A stretch of DNA of 64,000 nucleotides from Rhodosorus marinus CCMP1338 (lineage: Eukaryota > Plantae > Rhodophyta). The stretch spans positions 1,426,001 to 1,490,000 of the forward strand of contig JAMWBK010000001.1 in NCBI GenBank assembly GCA_029953675.1. Reading direction: 5' to 3'. Position 1 is the stretch's first letter; the number at the start of each line of letters is the position of its first letter. A model generated the notes under the pieces. That model did not search any database. It worked only from the letters and a program-made list of their open reading frames with translations, and had not been told where the DNA came from. Made by a program: the position numbers and the translations under genes. This document shows positions 1-12,341 of this stretch, piece after piece.

Positions 1-70
1 TTCGCGGCGCATAGTCTTTTTTTTCCCTCGGGGTTTTTTCTTTAGTCTCCGATTAAACAAATTCAGTCAT
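1..70 (+). mobile_element. Degenerate 3' end of family B non-LTR retrotransposon (cut by window start)
   Basis: T-run, ccctcgggg, T-run, gtctccgattaaac matches the B 3' UTR seen at 32167-32222. Confidence 0.8.
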
Positions 71-250
71 GGTAGTGCAACTAGACCAGGTCGGATCCCA
101 GACCCAACAAAAAAAGCCCTGTGGCTCCACAGATATCTCCGTGAACAACCAGAGGTATATTGTAGCTGGCGCAAGGCAGGCTGCTGAGTACGCGGGTCCA
201 CTTGTCCGCTAAAAACATAGTATGCTGTATCGGAGCTGAGGTAAAAGCTT

Positions 251-1252
251 TTAGTACAAAATCCCGCCGAGCATACCCTGGTAGACACCAGAAGCTGTTC
301 GTATTATCAGAGGGCATCCTCCGGGGGTGTTGATACTGTACTGGGTGACTCCTTCCCCGCTAGAGAATAGGCGATTGTTGAAGAGAATAAGCCCAACCGT
401 TCCTCCCACGTCCGATTCGCACTTCACCTCCAACTGCGCGTCAGCGATGTCGTAGGCAGTTACGCTGTCGCATCCAACATATAAAATCTTTAGATCTTCG
501 GAAAGCACTAAACTTTCCACACAGGGAGATTTGACCTCGGCAACCACCTCAAGCGTATCCGGGTTCCACCGTCGTATGGTCTTAGTCAAGAGGCTTGGGA
601 GGAACGGGTTAACTGCGTAGAGATCGGATTGTCCCCTGATCTCAAAATGAGCAATGTAGATCGTTCTGACTTCGTTCACCTTCGTGTAGTTCTGGGAAAC
701 GTCGTACTGCATGACAATTCCTTCGCTCTTGAGCTCAGGAATATTGTACCCCACGTATAAATACTTGGCCGTGAGCGCAGCATCCACGGGCTCTAGTTGG
801 AAGTTTCCGTACATCTCAGGTTTGATCTCAACCTCGGTCTGGAGGGTTATTGGCTCCATGATCTTGACGGATTTGCCCACTGGAGAGATCAAAAGCATTT
901 TCTCTATGAGATCATCGCTCGAACCTCGGATGAAGATCGGTCCTTGTGACGTGAGGAGATTATCTCTCGTCTCAAGTAATTTCCCGTCCTCATCGATATG
1001 CCATCGACGAACGAAGCCGGCATCATCTGTTTTCTCCCACGTATACATGTATGAGCGGTACCGCATTACGGTCTTGTATCCTTCGCCACCTTCTTGAGGT
1101 TTAAGCATCTGCATCGCCCTGCTACCATTTCTGAGGCTGTGTGCAGCGTACAGCTCAATATTTCCCAGCTCATCAACAACCGCGACGTTGGTCTTACAAT
1201 GAGCCAGTGATCCTATCAAGCTGATGAGCACGAAAGCAAACACTACTTTCAT
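251..1252 (-). CDS. Secreted protein, 333 aa, intronless; C-terminal half possibly beta-propeller-like
   Basis: ATG start, hydrophobic N-terminus MKVVFAFVLISLIGSLAHC, ORF intact in both duplicate copies; fold is inference only. Confidence 0.85.
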   Translation of the reverse strand: MKVVFAFVLISLIGSLAHCKTNVAVVDELGNIELYAAHSLRNGSRAMQMLKPQEGGEGYKTVMRYRSYMYTWEKTDDAGFVRRWHIDEDGKLLETRDNLLTSQGPIFIRGSSDDLIEKMLLISPVGKSVKIMEPITLQTEVEIKPEMYGNFQLEPVDAALTAKYLYVGYNIPELKSEGIVMQYDVSQNYTKVNEVRTIYIAHFEIRGQSDLYAVNPFLPSLLTKTIRRWNPDTLEVVAEVKSPCVESLVLSEDLKILYVGCDSVTAYDIADAQLEVKCESDVGGTVGLILFNNRLFSSGEGVTQYSINTPGGCPLIIRTASGVYQGMLGGILY

Positions 1253-1854
1253 CTTCCAGCGCGCTTTTCTGTCTTCTCAGAAAGAGGTGTAAAAACCAAC
1301 CACGTCTGTTTTCGATCGGCGAAACCTAACTGAAATTTCAGCAGCAGACTACTACGAACGAATAGACTACTAGGAGCAATGCTAGGAATAGCTTGTTATC
1401 AGCTTCACACAGAAGAAACAGCGTGAACTTTCTTTTAAGCGTCTGCTTGGTTTGGCAGCCTCTCCAACAGATTCCTCTTATTCCCTCAACAAGTCGTTGC
1501 ACTAATTCTGTTCCAGTTGTTCCAGTTGCACCTTCCCCCTCTCGTGCCAAATGATGTTTCACAATCCCCACACTAAATTTATATACACTCTAGCAGTACC
1601 CCAGGTCCAAGCTCGCAAACGTCGACGTGGAGGTCTTTACCACTTTAGTTGGTTTTGTCTCTTTACGGCGTCTAGCCAAATCTCCAGATGGTTGGAACCA
1701 ATCAAAAGAGCTTTTTGGCGCATGCTAAAATTAGAACTTGACTTTAGATTTCGAACGGAAAGAGAATCTTCGCATATGATCGCCCAGTCTAGTTGTGTAC
1801 ATCTGAGGGGTCCAAAATTTTCTCCTCGCTGGGTAGAATATAATGGTGTTGTCA

Positions 1855-2010
1855 TGTACCGTCCGATAAGGTTTATCGGACAGTACGGATATTTTTTGAA
1901 GTGGAAAGACTATTGAAACACAGCATAAGACGAATGGGTGTCCAAATAAAATTATTCGAAAACTAGGTCCGATTGCCCGTCCGATAAACAGGACCGATAA
2001 ATCGTCCGAA
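1855..2010. repeat. Cluster of TCCGATA/TATCGGA motifs (also 3585-3750, 14185-14335, 15598-15745, inverted copy 16085-16150)
   Basis: Same 7-mer recurs in both orientations; 16040-16150 is a diverged reverse complement of ~1945-2060. Confidence 0.6.
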
Positions 2011-3335
2011 GTTCAATCAACGTTAGTCTAATAATCAATCATCTCCAGTCCAGGTATTGAATCATGATTACTTCTTGGAATGGCTCGTATATCATGAATC
2101 ATCATTACTTCTCCTCATGACCAGCTGACACTATCATGTAATGAATCATGATTATTTCTGGACTCGACAGGCTGGCAAACGTTGGTTGAAGATTGCGGTT
2201 AAGGTGGCAAGGACTTGGAGTAGAACAAGCGAGTCCCGAAGGGAGTTGTCTCGTGTCCTCTGGTAGCGTGAGTACTTTGGGGATCGACCATATGGTTGGT
2301 CGCGTTTCAGTGTCTTTTTGGGTTAACCCAGTGGTGGAGTTCAACCGCCGTTATTCTCGAGGCGAATTCTGTGTGCCGTTCGTATTCCTTAGCCCCCGGG
2401 GGACTTAATTCTCGGAGCAAGCCGAGTGGACTTTTTCTTCGAGCCACATAGCCAGGAGCTTCAATAGTTTGGTAACCATGAGTTCTGCCCGCATCGCAGA
2501 CATTGGCATTTTGTCGCCCGCTCTCGTCTATGAAATCGCTGAAACCCTCCCAGACCACACTCTTCTTCTTCCCCTTCCCTATTCTGCACTACTAGGAATT
2601 TCAACTACAGTTCCCGAACGAAGACTTTCCTTGCTGCCCTAGTGCTCGTAAAACCATCCTAGTGGACCTCGGAAAATATTGGGACCCTTACGTCCTCGGA
2701 ATTTGCTAGCCTTTGTAAGTGGATTATCAACGGTAAGTCCTTGGAATCTCGTAACTCTTGTATGTGGATTGGTACCGTTGGAAATGCAGACAGCAAATGA
2801 TCACATTGTTTATTCATCAACGGAAAAACCACCTGAGAGCAAGAAACCTAGCAAAACCCACCTGTACGATCCCACCGAAAAAGGTAGTAAGTCCTCGTAT
2901 ATTGATGAAAATCAAACCTTAGTCAAAACACAAACTCTGAAAAAGAAGAAATCCGAGCTAAGGGTAGGCGGGAGGGGCGGATCTCCATAAAGAGGAGCAG
3001 CAATGCAGCCCCAAATAACAAACCCTGAGCTCCTCCAGCAGCTTCAGTAGCCCCGCTGGCACAAGATGATTTCCTTCATCCACACAGCAATGGAACTAAA
3101 TCGATATCCTAAACATGCGAGGAGCAAAGAAGAGGCCATCAGCCCAGGTGGAGTCGGCAGGCACTGAAACCCTTGGATACTCCGCAGGACTTAATCCCTC
3201 GGTTCAAGTTCCTTTGCACTAGCTCATGCTCTCACACCCTATCACCAGATAGTTGGCCACCGCCTTATCTCCTCTTTCTACCACTTGCCCTGTTCCTTCC
3301 GCGACGGCTACTCTGACTTTCGAATATATTCTGAG

Positions 3336-3768
3336 TAGGGTTGTACCAAGTGAGTCGGGTTTTCCGCTGTGAACCCCTCTAAACCCCTTGTTTTCGCCGG
3401 CTTTTGAACATTTCTGGGTCGTAACCGAAAACCCGGCCCCCTTGGCACAACCCTATTCTGAGCAAGTCATAACCTGCTGCTTTTTTGTTGGTGATTAGCC
3501 AAGCAAAAGTTCCCCAACGCCCGCAGCGAACGACCACGCACCGAAAAAGACGCATTGAAATATATCTGACGCAATCGGTCGTTATCGGATCATTTATCGG
3601 ACGACGCATATCCAGTCTTTTATATTCAGGTCCGATTAACTCATATCGGACGGAGATCTGCAGAATATATCGTAATACAGGACGACCTGTATTATGTAAT
3701 AATCGGACGGTCCGATATTTATGGGACGCAATCGGACGTTTTTTTAGCGGACGGAGCCGGCAACCCTA
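3336..3768. mobile_element. Possible MITE-like non-autonomous DNA element
   Basis: TAGGGTTG (3336-3343) and CAACCCTA (3761-3768) form 8-bp terminal inverted repeats around ATCGGAC-rich sequence; no TSD found. Confidence 0.35.
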
Positions 3769-4211
3769 AATTATAACAATTTCGCCAAAAATTCCGCAGA
3801 TGCAATTCCCCGGTTGCTCACCACCCCCCAGTCAAAAAAAAACGCCTTCCCCACCCTCTTCCATATGAATGATTTGCGCATGGAGCACGTAGGCAATGGA
3901 CCGACAGTGGTTGCATGCTTGCCGAGGCCCGCCACCGCCGCCTGGGCTTGCATGCTAATTTCCCTAGTCCTAGTTTCCTTTTGCGTCTTGCGTAGCACAT
4001 CAGGCTTTGTTAACATAACCACCGCAGCCGTGGTCGGAACTGTCGACCTCAGTGCCAAAGTGAGCGGGTTACTTAGCCTGGGTTTTGGGGAAGTCTTGGT
4101 GCCACGCTTGTTGTTTGGGTGCTCAAATCGGAATCCTCGAAAGCGGCCTGTTGCGATGTGTGTAAAACTTCAAAAAATTATCGGTACTATGTAATCGTGC
4201 CTTCCGATAAC

Positions 4212-4291
4212 GATGATCGGACGGCACGATGATCGGACGGCACGATGATCGGACGGCACGATAATCGAACGGCACGATGATCGGACGGCAC
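4212..4291. repeat. 16-bp tandem repeat x5 (GATGATCGGACGGCAC)
   Basis: Four exact units and one variant; partner locus near 16250-16285 has only 1-2 units. Confidence 0.95.
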
Positions 4292-4488
4292 ATGCCAGCG
4301 CTACTTATAGCCTTGCCTTGAAGATGGGTACAAAATCTACAGACGTCAGGCGGAGACAATGTTCACTATCTTCACAGCTGACAATGGGATCGGCAACGCT
4401 CATCCTGAAAATCAATATTTTCTAGCTAATCAATGCCACGTCAGATCATGTGGGGCTAGTCGTCGGATTTTTGCGCTAATCCAAAGTT

Positions 4489-4605
4489 TCCTGCTGTGGC
4501 GCATGAATGCCGCTTTGATGTTGGAGGCGCGAGTTCTTCGCCGCACTTAGTCTTTTTTTCCCCTCGGGGTTTTTTTTTCAGCCTCCGATTAAACCATTCG
4601 TTCGC
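4489..4605 (+). mobile_element. 117-bp 5'-truncated family B insertion
   Basis: Last codons plus 3' UTR of B; 11-bp TSD aatccaaagtt at 4478-4488 and 4606-4616; empty site at 16472-16482. Confidence 0.95.
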
Positions 4606-5084
4606 AATCCAAAGTTGGTCCACCAAGTCAATGTTTGGCGATATTCCGCGATGTATAATCGATTCCTACGGATTGAACGAGTACAAATTGGTTTCACGGA
4701 ATATAAATTTGACTGATAAGAGACTGAATTGTGTGTTCAACGGAAGTGTTTATTACCCGACGTAGGGGTCTCGTCATCTTTCATTCATCATTGGTAACCA
4801 TGGCTATAATTAAATATAAAAACATTCTAACATTTAACTACTTCATACAATTTATTCTTTTTTCAGTTTGGAATGAACTACCATTTCTAAATATGCGTAT
4901 TTGCCAAACAACCGTGCGCCAACATAAGTACTCCATTAGGATCGATCTACTGTCTAATGAGTACCGTACCGTTACATGGAGACACTAAATATAGTAAGAA
5001 CCTTATTACCCCGGACTTCTCTGGTGTGTTGCTATTGGGAGGGGGAATGATGTCGAGCTGGTTGTGTAAATACATTTAATCCGA

Positions 5085-5400
5085 GACAGAAACCGGCAGA
5101 GACGCCGACTGGGAAAAGAGGTCGAGGATCACGCGCCTCCAAACATGAAAGTAGTGTTCATACGCCACAGAAGGAAACTCAAACGGGTAAACCACGAGGC
5201 TGTTGTGCCTGTAGTCGCGAAGCCAACGGGAATTAACGGAAACCACCTGAACGCATAAACGGGGTCTTACGATAAAGCCCCCTGTGTACTTCACTTCTTG
5301 TGCGTTGGTGTATTGAACACGACTGTGTGCGCGACGAGCAGAGTTGGAGAGGTCCTTGTCCAATGAGCTAGGACTAGGTTTGGAAGATTGATAGGGGTGA
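5085..5400 (-). mobile_element. Old degenerate B-like 3' fragment
   Basis: QEVKYTG and NSRWLRD resemble B KEIKYAG and GSRWLRE; ctgtggcgtatgaac...ggaggcgcg...cggattaaa resembles the B end. Confidence 0.7.
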
Positions 5401-5685
5401 AAGGATGTGGCAGGGGACCCCCAAAACTTTGACGTGGTGATAGTTGATGTGGAGCTGACGTGGTTTATAGTCATGACCGTGAGAGTGTGGACTTCTTTTG
5501 GTTTTTGCGTGTTGTGTGCATGAAAAAGTCTCATGAAGGTTTCATGCAGGTCTTTCGCAGGTTCCTGTATCCACGGTTCCCTTCCCCAACCTCCTACCTC
5601 CTCCACACCGGACGTCATTCGTTTGGACGATGTGGTTTCACCAGGCAAGCATTGGCTGGCTGGCTTTACTGGGCTGGACTTGACT

Positions 5686-8185
5686 GGACTTTACTAGCAT
5701 AGCCTGAAGCGCTACGCAAGGCGTGAAGATGAACTAGTAACTAGGGAGGGAAGCATGCAACCCCAGGCGCCGATGGCGCGCCTCGGAAAGCATGTGGCTG
5801 GAATATCGCCAAAGGGAGACACTTAAACGCCTCAAGAGCGCCAAATATTCAGTAGGATGCTCAGCAAAACATTTCCGCATCCACTCTAAACCCGACTTAT
5901 CCACGTGACCAAAGCTTTCCACAATTGAATGGCTGGAACCGGTGAGAGCGACCCTCAGCGCAAGGCAGACTGGCCATGCTCTCAGCATACCGTCGTTCCT
6001 TAACTCTTCGAAGGGCTGAAGCCGCGGCCCCCCGGCGGCGGGCGGCTGCGGTGAGGTGGACGCTGGCCACGGGGCAGGTAATCGCAAGGTCCAAATATGT
6101 TGAGCGTCTGGCAGCAGCGTCGGAGACGAGGAGATCGGCTATACAACGGGGCGGTGCAGAGTCCGAGATTGATCTGGGCAGTTCCGACTCAACCTCAACC
6201 GTATGCCCTATCCGAGTCAAAATTCGCTGAGGATGTACTTGAGGCGAGTGTGACGCCTCGTACGGAGACCTCTCAACAGTCCGCAGGAACCCAGGAAGTG
6301 GTAGCCACAAGCGTCAATCCGGCTCTCACATCCCTGACAGAAAGACGGCCGATTAGAGTGCCACGGAGCCTGTGGCAAACCGAGAGAGATCCGTGCGGCA
6401 GAACGGAACTTGAAAGCATCGAGACGATGACTCAATGACGACGGTAGAGTGGTTAACCACAAGTGCGAGAGGTGGCCTCCCATGCCGCGGAGACGAGCGG
6501 CAGTGGTAGGCGGCGTGAGAGGAGAATTGAGCATGACTGTGTGAGCGGCACTGTGTTGGCCCCAGGTGAGGCTATGTTGAATCACATCAGTGCGGGAGCT
6601 CCACAATCGGCTCAAACCCGGGTAGTCTGCAACAAGTGACCCGGGGCTAGCCTCTCCGTCATCGGAAAGAACTCGGTCGAGGGGAGAATCCTCAATCGCT
6701 TCAGCTCGTCCCCATAACAGCTCCCTCCAGGAACGAAAGCGGGACCTATTTGCGCCCGGCACGGCGTTGCACCTCCTGAACGCGTGTTGAAGACCATCAT
6801 AAATTGTCAAAAGCGGGGGCGGCAGGGTCACTGGATCCTCGTTGGTCAAAGCTCGAGCCAAGAGGCAGGCACTTCGCATCTGGAAGGTCACCAACGTTCG
6901 CAGCGCGGTAGCCCAGGAGGCAACTACCTGCTGGCGAGCATACCAGCCCACGGTCTGCGACGCCGAATCCCCCTAATCGCAACGGTAGAGCGATCTGTGC
7001 ACGAATCAAGTCCCTGTCGGGAGCAGCTTCAAGATCGAGGGGCTCATCCAAGAGCGTTCCCCAGTGTTGCAGGGTCATCTCGTCGGCTTTAGCCGCGATC
7101 CACGAGCCCCAAGCTGGAGGCAGGCTGCGCAACCAGTAGTTGAGTCTGGGACCGGCACAAAAGCGGGAAAGCAAGCAGGCCGATTGCAGCATGCTGTCGG
7201 GTAGGTGCTCAATGGCGTCGGTGAGTTGCTTGTGCTGTGCCAAAACTCGCTCGCAGGATGCTTGGACAAAGTTTTCAGTGCCCAATCCGACGCCGTGGTG
7301 TTCAAACCCTTCACGTTCGCTGATTAGTCGCAGAGTGGGTGGCAGAGAGGCCAGCGACACGTCCCTCGGGGGGAGAAAGCGACATTTTTCTGTTTCCACA
7401 GTCAAACCGACGCGACGTGCAATCGCTTCGATCTCGGTCAGGCCCCCTAGCCAGGGTGTCAGGGGTGCCCAGCAATGTTACGGCATCGTGGTACGCGCAG
7501 ATTCGAAGATCCGAGACGTCAGTCGAAAGACGTAAAAGTACGAGCTGTAGGGCACAGGCATGAAGAAGAGGTCCGCAAGGGTCGCCTTGTTGGACGCCAG
7601 TATGTGCTTGAAAAACAGTGCCCTCCGTTGTCAAGTAGGGGAGGCTCTCCCCTCCGTAAATACCCGACAGAAACGGCCACGCCTCCCTAAACACCCGTCG
7701 GAGCTCCTCTAGCGCATGCGTCCGCGACACGCTGTTGAATGCGTTCCGGAAATCAACCACCAAGACTCCCCACTCCGGCCTACTGGCGCGTTCTAGCTCG
7801 ATCCCATGGGTAATCAGTTCGCAACCCCCAGAAAATCCCACCCCTACTTGCAAGGGCGCCATAAAAGCTGTGACTCGCTGGCGAAGGCGCTGGCATAGCC
7901 ACCTCCCGGCTAACTTCCGTAGGCTCTCCACCATCCCGATCGGCCGGAGATGCGGGTGGGCCGGCTGGTGGTCAGGTTTCGTGAGCAAGCAAAGCTCTGC
8001 CGCCGGAGATGTTCCCATGGCGCAGACGCACCCGATACGCCCTGGAACAACTTGTTAAGGATCCTCAGAAGCGCGCTCTGGCCTGGCTGGCTCAGGGCCT
8101 GCAATAGATCTGTTCTTAGTCCGGAGGGTCCGGGACAGCGTCCCCGACGCGAGGTACGAAGCAAATCCTCCAGGTCAGACTCACC
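5686..8185 (-). mobile_element. Family A copy A1, 5'-truncated, frameshifted
   Basis: RT (QQGDPCGP, AYHD), zinc knuckle CQGC..HFLGSC and RLE pieces in ORFs 7910-8200, 7311-8018, 6797-7405, 6217-6951, 5897-6310; A tail at left end. Confidence 0.95.
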
Positions 8186-8900
8186 GGACTTGACTAGCAT
8201 AGCCTGAAACGCTACGCAAACCGTGAAAAGGAACTAAGAACTAGGTAGAGAAGCGTGCAAACCCAGGCGCCGATGGCGCGCCTCGGCAAGCATGCTGCTC
8301 TAATATCGCCACAGAGAGACACTTAAACGCCACAAAAGTTCCAAGTATTCAACAGGATGCTCGGTGAAACATTTCCGCAACCACTCTAAACCCGACTTCT
8401 CCACGTGACCAGAGCTTTCCACAATGAAAGGCTGGAACCGGTGGGAGCGACCCTCAGCGCGAGGCAGACGGCCATACTCTCAGCATACCGTCGTTCTTTC
8501 ACTCGGCGAAGGGCCGAAGCAGCTGCTCCCCGGCGGCGAACGGCGGCCGTGAGATGGGCGCTTGCCATAGGGCATGTAATCGCGAGGTCAACATAAACTG
8601 AGCGTCTGGCGGCAGCATCGGAGACAAGGAGATCTGCGATACAGCGCGGCGGTGCCCTATCCGAGAACGATCTGGGTAGTTCCGATTCCACCTCAACCGT
8701 ATGCCCTACCCGAGTCAAACATTCGCTGAGGATGTACTTGAAGCGAGCGTGATGCCTCGTACTAAGACCTCTCAACAGTCCGCATGAACCTAAGAAATGG
8801 TAACCACAAGCATCGATCCGACTCTCACATCCCTGACAGAAAGACGGCCGATTAGAGTGCCACGGGGCTTGTGGCAAACCAGGTAAATCCGTGCGCGGAG
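8186..8900 (-). mobile_element. A-subfamily 3' fragment (zinc knuckle + RLE)
   Basis: ORF 8386-8877 is homologous to the A C-terminus; variant tail gctagtcaagtcc. Confidence 0.9.
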
Positions 8901-10462
8901 CGAAACGCTCCGAGCTGGTCCTAGCCAGAGGACCAGCTCGGAAAAGCGAAGTGGAGGTTTGTAGAAGCGAATGACCTTTGTGCCGGAGATATGGGGGATA
9001 TTACCACCTTCGTTCAATGCCGCTCTCCTGATCTTCTGCTCTTGCACTCGCGGTCACCGGCTGTCAATGAAATCCTCCCGACAAACGCTGATGGCCATTT
9101 TCTGAGTTCTAGCTTCTACATTTAGACGTATTCTCCATATATATATCTGAAAAACTGATACTGTTTATTTACGGACGAGTTTTTCCTATATTTTGACCAC
9201 ACGAAAGGTTGAGGCTTGCCCAGATAACCGCCGCTGCTGACCGCCCTAAGTGAATGGATCGTCACATTTCTTCGCACCTGGCGCTGTTGGTGATTGTCCG
9301 TCTGGCAAGGCCCCTTCTTTGAAAACGCCGAGTGCTGATTCTACGAAACGTATGCCATGAGCGCGTCAGGTGGCGACTCGCAGAGTATCGACACGGCGAA
9401 GCCTTTACGTGCCGCCGAACGACATGAATTGGATTAGTTTGGACTTGTTGACGTAAATTGGCGTGGGCAAGCCACTAGCAACACATAAGCCCCTTCAGAA
9501 AAGAAGAATAAACAGCAGAGTCTCGCGGCTGGTTTTGAAATTCAAAAGAGACCGCGGCTGAGAAATGACCCTGGCAAATGGAAAACCCTTTTGAAGTCAG
9601 ATGTGCAGCCCTTTGGTGTTGTTCCACACGAACCATTCTGGCGTTAGGAGTTTGGCCTGTGTCAGGATTCATCTAGGATTGCCAGTGTTTGATGATCGTG
9701 ACACGAAACTTGCTGAAAAAAAAACACGAGACGAGCCCTCATCATACGGCATCAACTCTCTTTCCATCGAGGTATTGCAAAGTGCAAAGATCGGCTGATG
9801 TTGTCGAACCCTCCCCCGGGCAACAGCAGCGAAGCACATTCGACGATAAAATTCGATGCTCGTGGTTGAGGGCGGTTCTTGCCTTTTCGTCTACCGTAGT
9901 CGTAGAATCGCCAGCAACAATCTTGTTGATCCCCGAGCAGATGGCTAGAACTGATGAATGCTGAAGTTGGGTTTTGGGTGGCTCTCTTTCCAACTGACGA
10001 AAACAAGGACCGTAGCGATTGTATCCCTCAGCCATTTCAACCAGCGCGTTTGCGTGTCTTTTTTTTCGTTCTCACCATCTGCCTTCGGTGGTTTGACGAG
10101 CGCAACTATGAGCAAATCTCTTACATTCTTGTTTCCCAAGAGAAACGGCCACCTGCCTTCTGGTAAGATGTGGAGCTAGAACATAGTTGTTGATGAAGTT
10201 GATATCGAGGGTAGCCAACTTGACTCTGGTTGATTGGTGGAGTTAGCTGTTGGCGGTAGTAGTTTTACTAGTTCGCCCTCGTCGTGGGTACCGTCGTTCT
10301 CGCTCCATCCCTCATGCTTTCGAAGCAGTTGAGCAAAGCGATAAAAGGAGTCAAGCGGGAGTTTACGATATCTTCAACCGTGCGAATGATCGGCAATGTG
10401 AAAAGGAGGTGTAGGAAAATATACATGGTCCAGACGGAAGCTGACGAGGAAATTGAGAGGCA

Positions 10463-10978
10463 ATGCAGGTGCTTGCGAGGGTGTTGTTTGTCTTGCTGTC
10501 ACTGGCGGCGTACTCACTCGCTTCGCCTGTGATGAAATCGCACTTTGAAGCTGTTGAGGTCGCTGAAGTCGCTCGGCCGGTTGTTCTGGGGCTAGACTGT
10601 CTTGAGAGCTGTATTGACAACTGCGACTATATGTACACAAAATACAGTTCGTCGTGGTTCGTTTGTAAGAGAGCCTGTAAGAACCTGTGCGGATCGTTTA
10701 CCACCAAGCCGGATCCCACTCACGGTACAGACGACGATGGCGATGATGATTCCGAGAACTTTCTCGAGCTCTCGCCTAATGGTAAAGTCGAGGTAGCCAC
10801 TTCCGGGTATGATTGTCTGGGGAGATGCGTCAAGGGCTGCGACGAAGAATATGCCAAATATAGTTCATCATGGTTCGTATGTAAAAAGTCATGCAAGAAC
10901 ATTTGCGGGTCGCTCACGACGCCTCCGGATCCGACGCATGGCGATGATGAGGATGGCGAAACATTGTGGTCTGGTTAG
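10463..10978 (+). CDS. Secreted cysteine-rich protein, 171 aa, two internal repeats
   Basis: Signal-like N-terminus; two units of CX3CX3CX13CX3CX3C, each with YSSSWFVCK and followed by PDPTHG plus an acidic tract. Confidence 0.9.
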   Translation: MQVLARVLFVLLSLAAYSLASPVMKSHFEAVEVAEVARPVVLGLDCLESCIDNCDYMYTKYSSSWFVCKRACKNLCGSFTTKPDPTHGTDDDGDDDSENFLELSPNGKVEVATSGYDCLGRCVKGCDEEYAKYSSSWFVCKKSCKNICGSLTTPPDPTHGDDEDGETLWSG

Positions 10979-11099
10979 CAGTAGTTTTGGTATGGCTTTC
11001 TAGAGCTCAGTTTATTGGGAAATGGTCAAGTTGTGGGGCTCTTCGCTCACTGAGTAAGCTCATTGTGTCTAGATAAATCGATCCACGGCCAACGTTAAA

Positions 11100-11620
11100 C
11101 AAGGTCTTTGCAAAACGAGCAAGCAACCGTGGTCATCCGACCACCAATGCGCCGAGGGCATCACCATATTTGGCTCGTTTCCTCGCTTCAGCATTGGCAG
11201 CGACATAGCCAGTTTGACAGACGGGGAGAGCGATCAGATGGGCGCGTATATGGGGACTCCCGCTTAACAAAAATTCATTCAACATCAAGAACACTCTGCA
11301 TCCGGTACGATGATGACGAGCAACAATGTCTCGTCGGATACGGTTACCCCTAAAAAGTTGTCTCAACCGAACCTCATGAATGAAGCCACCATGAATGAGC
11401 CACCGCCATAAATGACGCGCCAGGTCATCACAAATGAGACTATGACTCAAAGTCTAACTCCCGGCCGAAGTTGGGCGTTGGAATAAGCGTTGAATCCCAT
11501 GTGGAAAGCCACCGATATTTGAGCTATCGGGATGCCATCGGGAATCGCAGTGAGTTCCAATTCGAGGCTGCACGGTGTTCTGAGAAGCGGGGAACAAGAC
11601 GCTAATGACGCTGCAACGAA
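11100..11620 (-). mobile_element. Degenerate C/D/E-type RLE fragment
   Basis: QRLFQ..SAG..SHSLICDDLAR..RIRRDIVARHHRTG..AANAEARKRAKY matches the RLE domain; nucleotide homology to 38420-38515. Confidence 0.75.
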
Positions 11621-11789
11621 AAGTAGCATTGGAACGCCAGAGTATAAAGGACTATTCTGTGAGGGGGTTACTCGTGTTGTGCCTGGTGTTCACAATCTCG
11701 CCCTATGGCAATACATTATGTTTCCGCCAGTTGGTTCAGACAACTCCTCTGCCCTCCAGCTTCCTGCGCAAGAGAGATTCAACGACGAT

Positions 11790-12075
11790 GCTTAAATTCC
11801 GAACAATCAGCAGGAGCGATGAGTACATCCTACGCAGGAGACTGGAGGAGAGCCGTGGCGGAGGAGCTTAGCTCGTTAAGATCAACCAATACGTGGAGCC
11901 TCATCAACAGTTCAGAAGTATCGATGGGGAAGAAAATTTTGCAGTCAAGCACCGTGCTGCAAGGGAAGCGAGCTCTAGACGGCTTTGTTCAACGCTTCAA
12001 AGTGAGAATAGTTGCGAAGGGCTTCACGCAACGAGGAGGTATCGGTTACGAGGAAATTTTCTCCCCATGGTCGAT
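11790..12075 (+). mobile_element. Ty1/copia reverse transcriptase N-terminal fragment
   Basis: WRRAVAEELSSLRSTNTWSL...RFKVRIVAKGFTQRGGIGYEEIFSP is the conserved copia RT motif; no LTRs seen. Confidence 0.85.
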
Positions 12076-12272
12076 TCCTGTGGCTGCTGCATGTATAGCT
12101 CCTTTTTCAGAACTCCATTTAGACAAGCAGTCTTAACATTAACCTGCTCGATATTTCCGGATCATCCCTAGGGCTAGCGTGGTAAAAGGGCCATAGGGGC
12201 ACGTTAGTCCTAGGGATGATCCGGCAAGTCCTATGTAGGTTTCGATGAATGGTTTCGATGAATGGTTTCGAT

Positions 12273-12341
12273 GGGCTTTACTAGCATAGCCTGAAGCGCT
12301 ACGCAAGGCGTGAAGATGAACTAACAACTAGGGAGGGAAGC
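12273..12341 (-). mobile_element. ~70-bp family A 3'-end insertion
   Basis: A 3' UTR and tail; 11-bp TSD atggtttcgat at 12262-12272 and 12342-12352. Confidence 0.9.

Larger units (their letters stand above)
128..3258. repeat. Segmental duplication copy 1 (~3.1 kb; copy 2 at ~12474-15587)
   Basis: Near-identical sequence at offset ~12.3 kb, including the 333-aa gene; both copies diverge after cagatagttggccaccg. Confidence 0.95.
4175..4920. repeat. Second duplicated block (partner ~16215-16775)
   Basis: Colinear diverged homology, e.g. gacaatgttcactatcttcac and aaatatgcgtatttgcca / aaatatgtgtatttgcca. Confidence 0.9.

Noticed and set aside
2100-3260. Possible LTR/gag remnant in the duplicated block
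   Set aside because: No PBS, paired LTRs or recognisable gag motif; frames broken in both copies
4212-4291. CRISPR-like or iteron array
   Set aside because: Contiguous tandem repeat with no spacers, in a eukaryotic context
5145-5158. atgaaagtagtgtt identical to the start of the 333-aa gene
   Set aside because: Lies on the antisense strand of a degenerate B fragment; a 14-bp match with no extension
9200-10200. Cluster of short ORFs as a decayed transposase
   Set aside because: No diagnostic motif I can name
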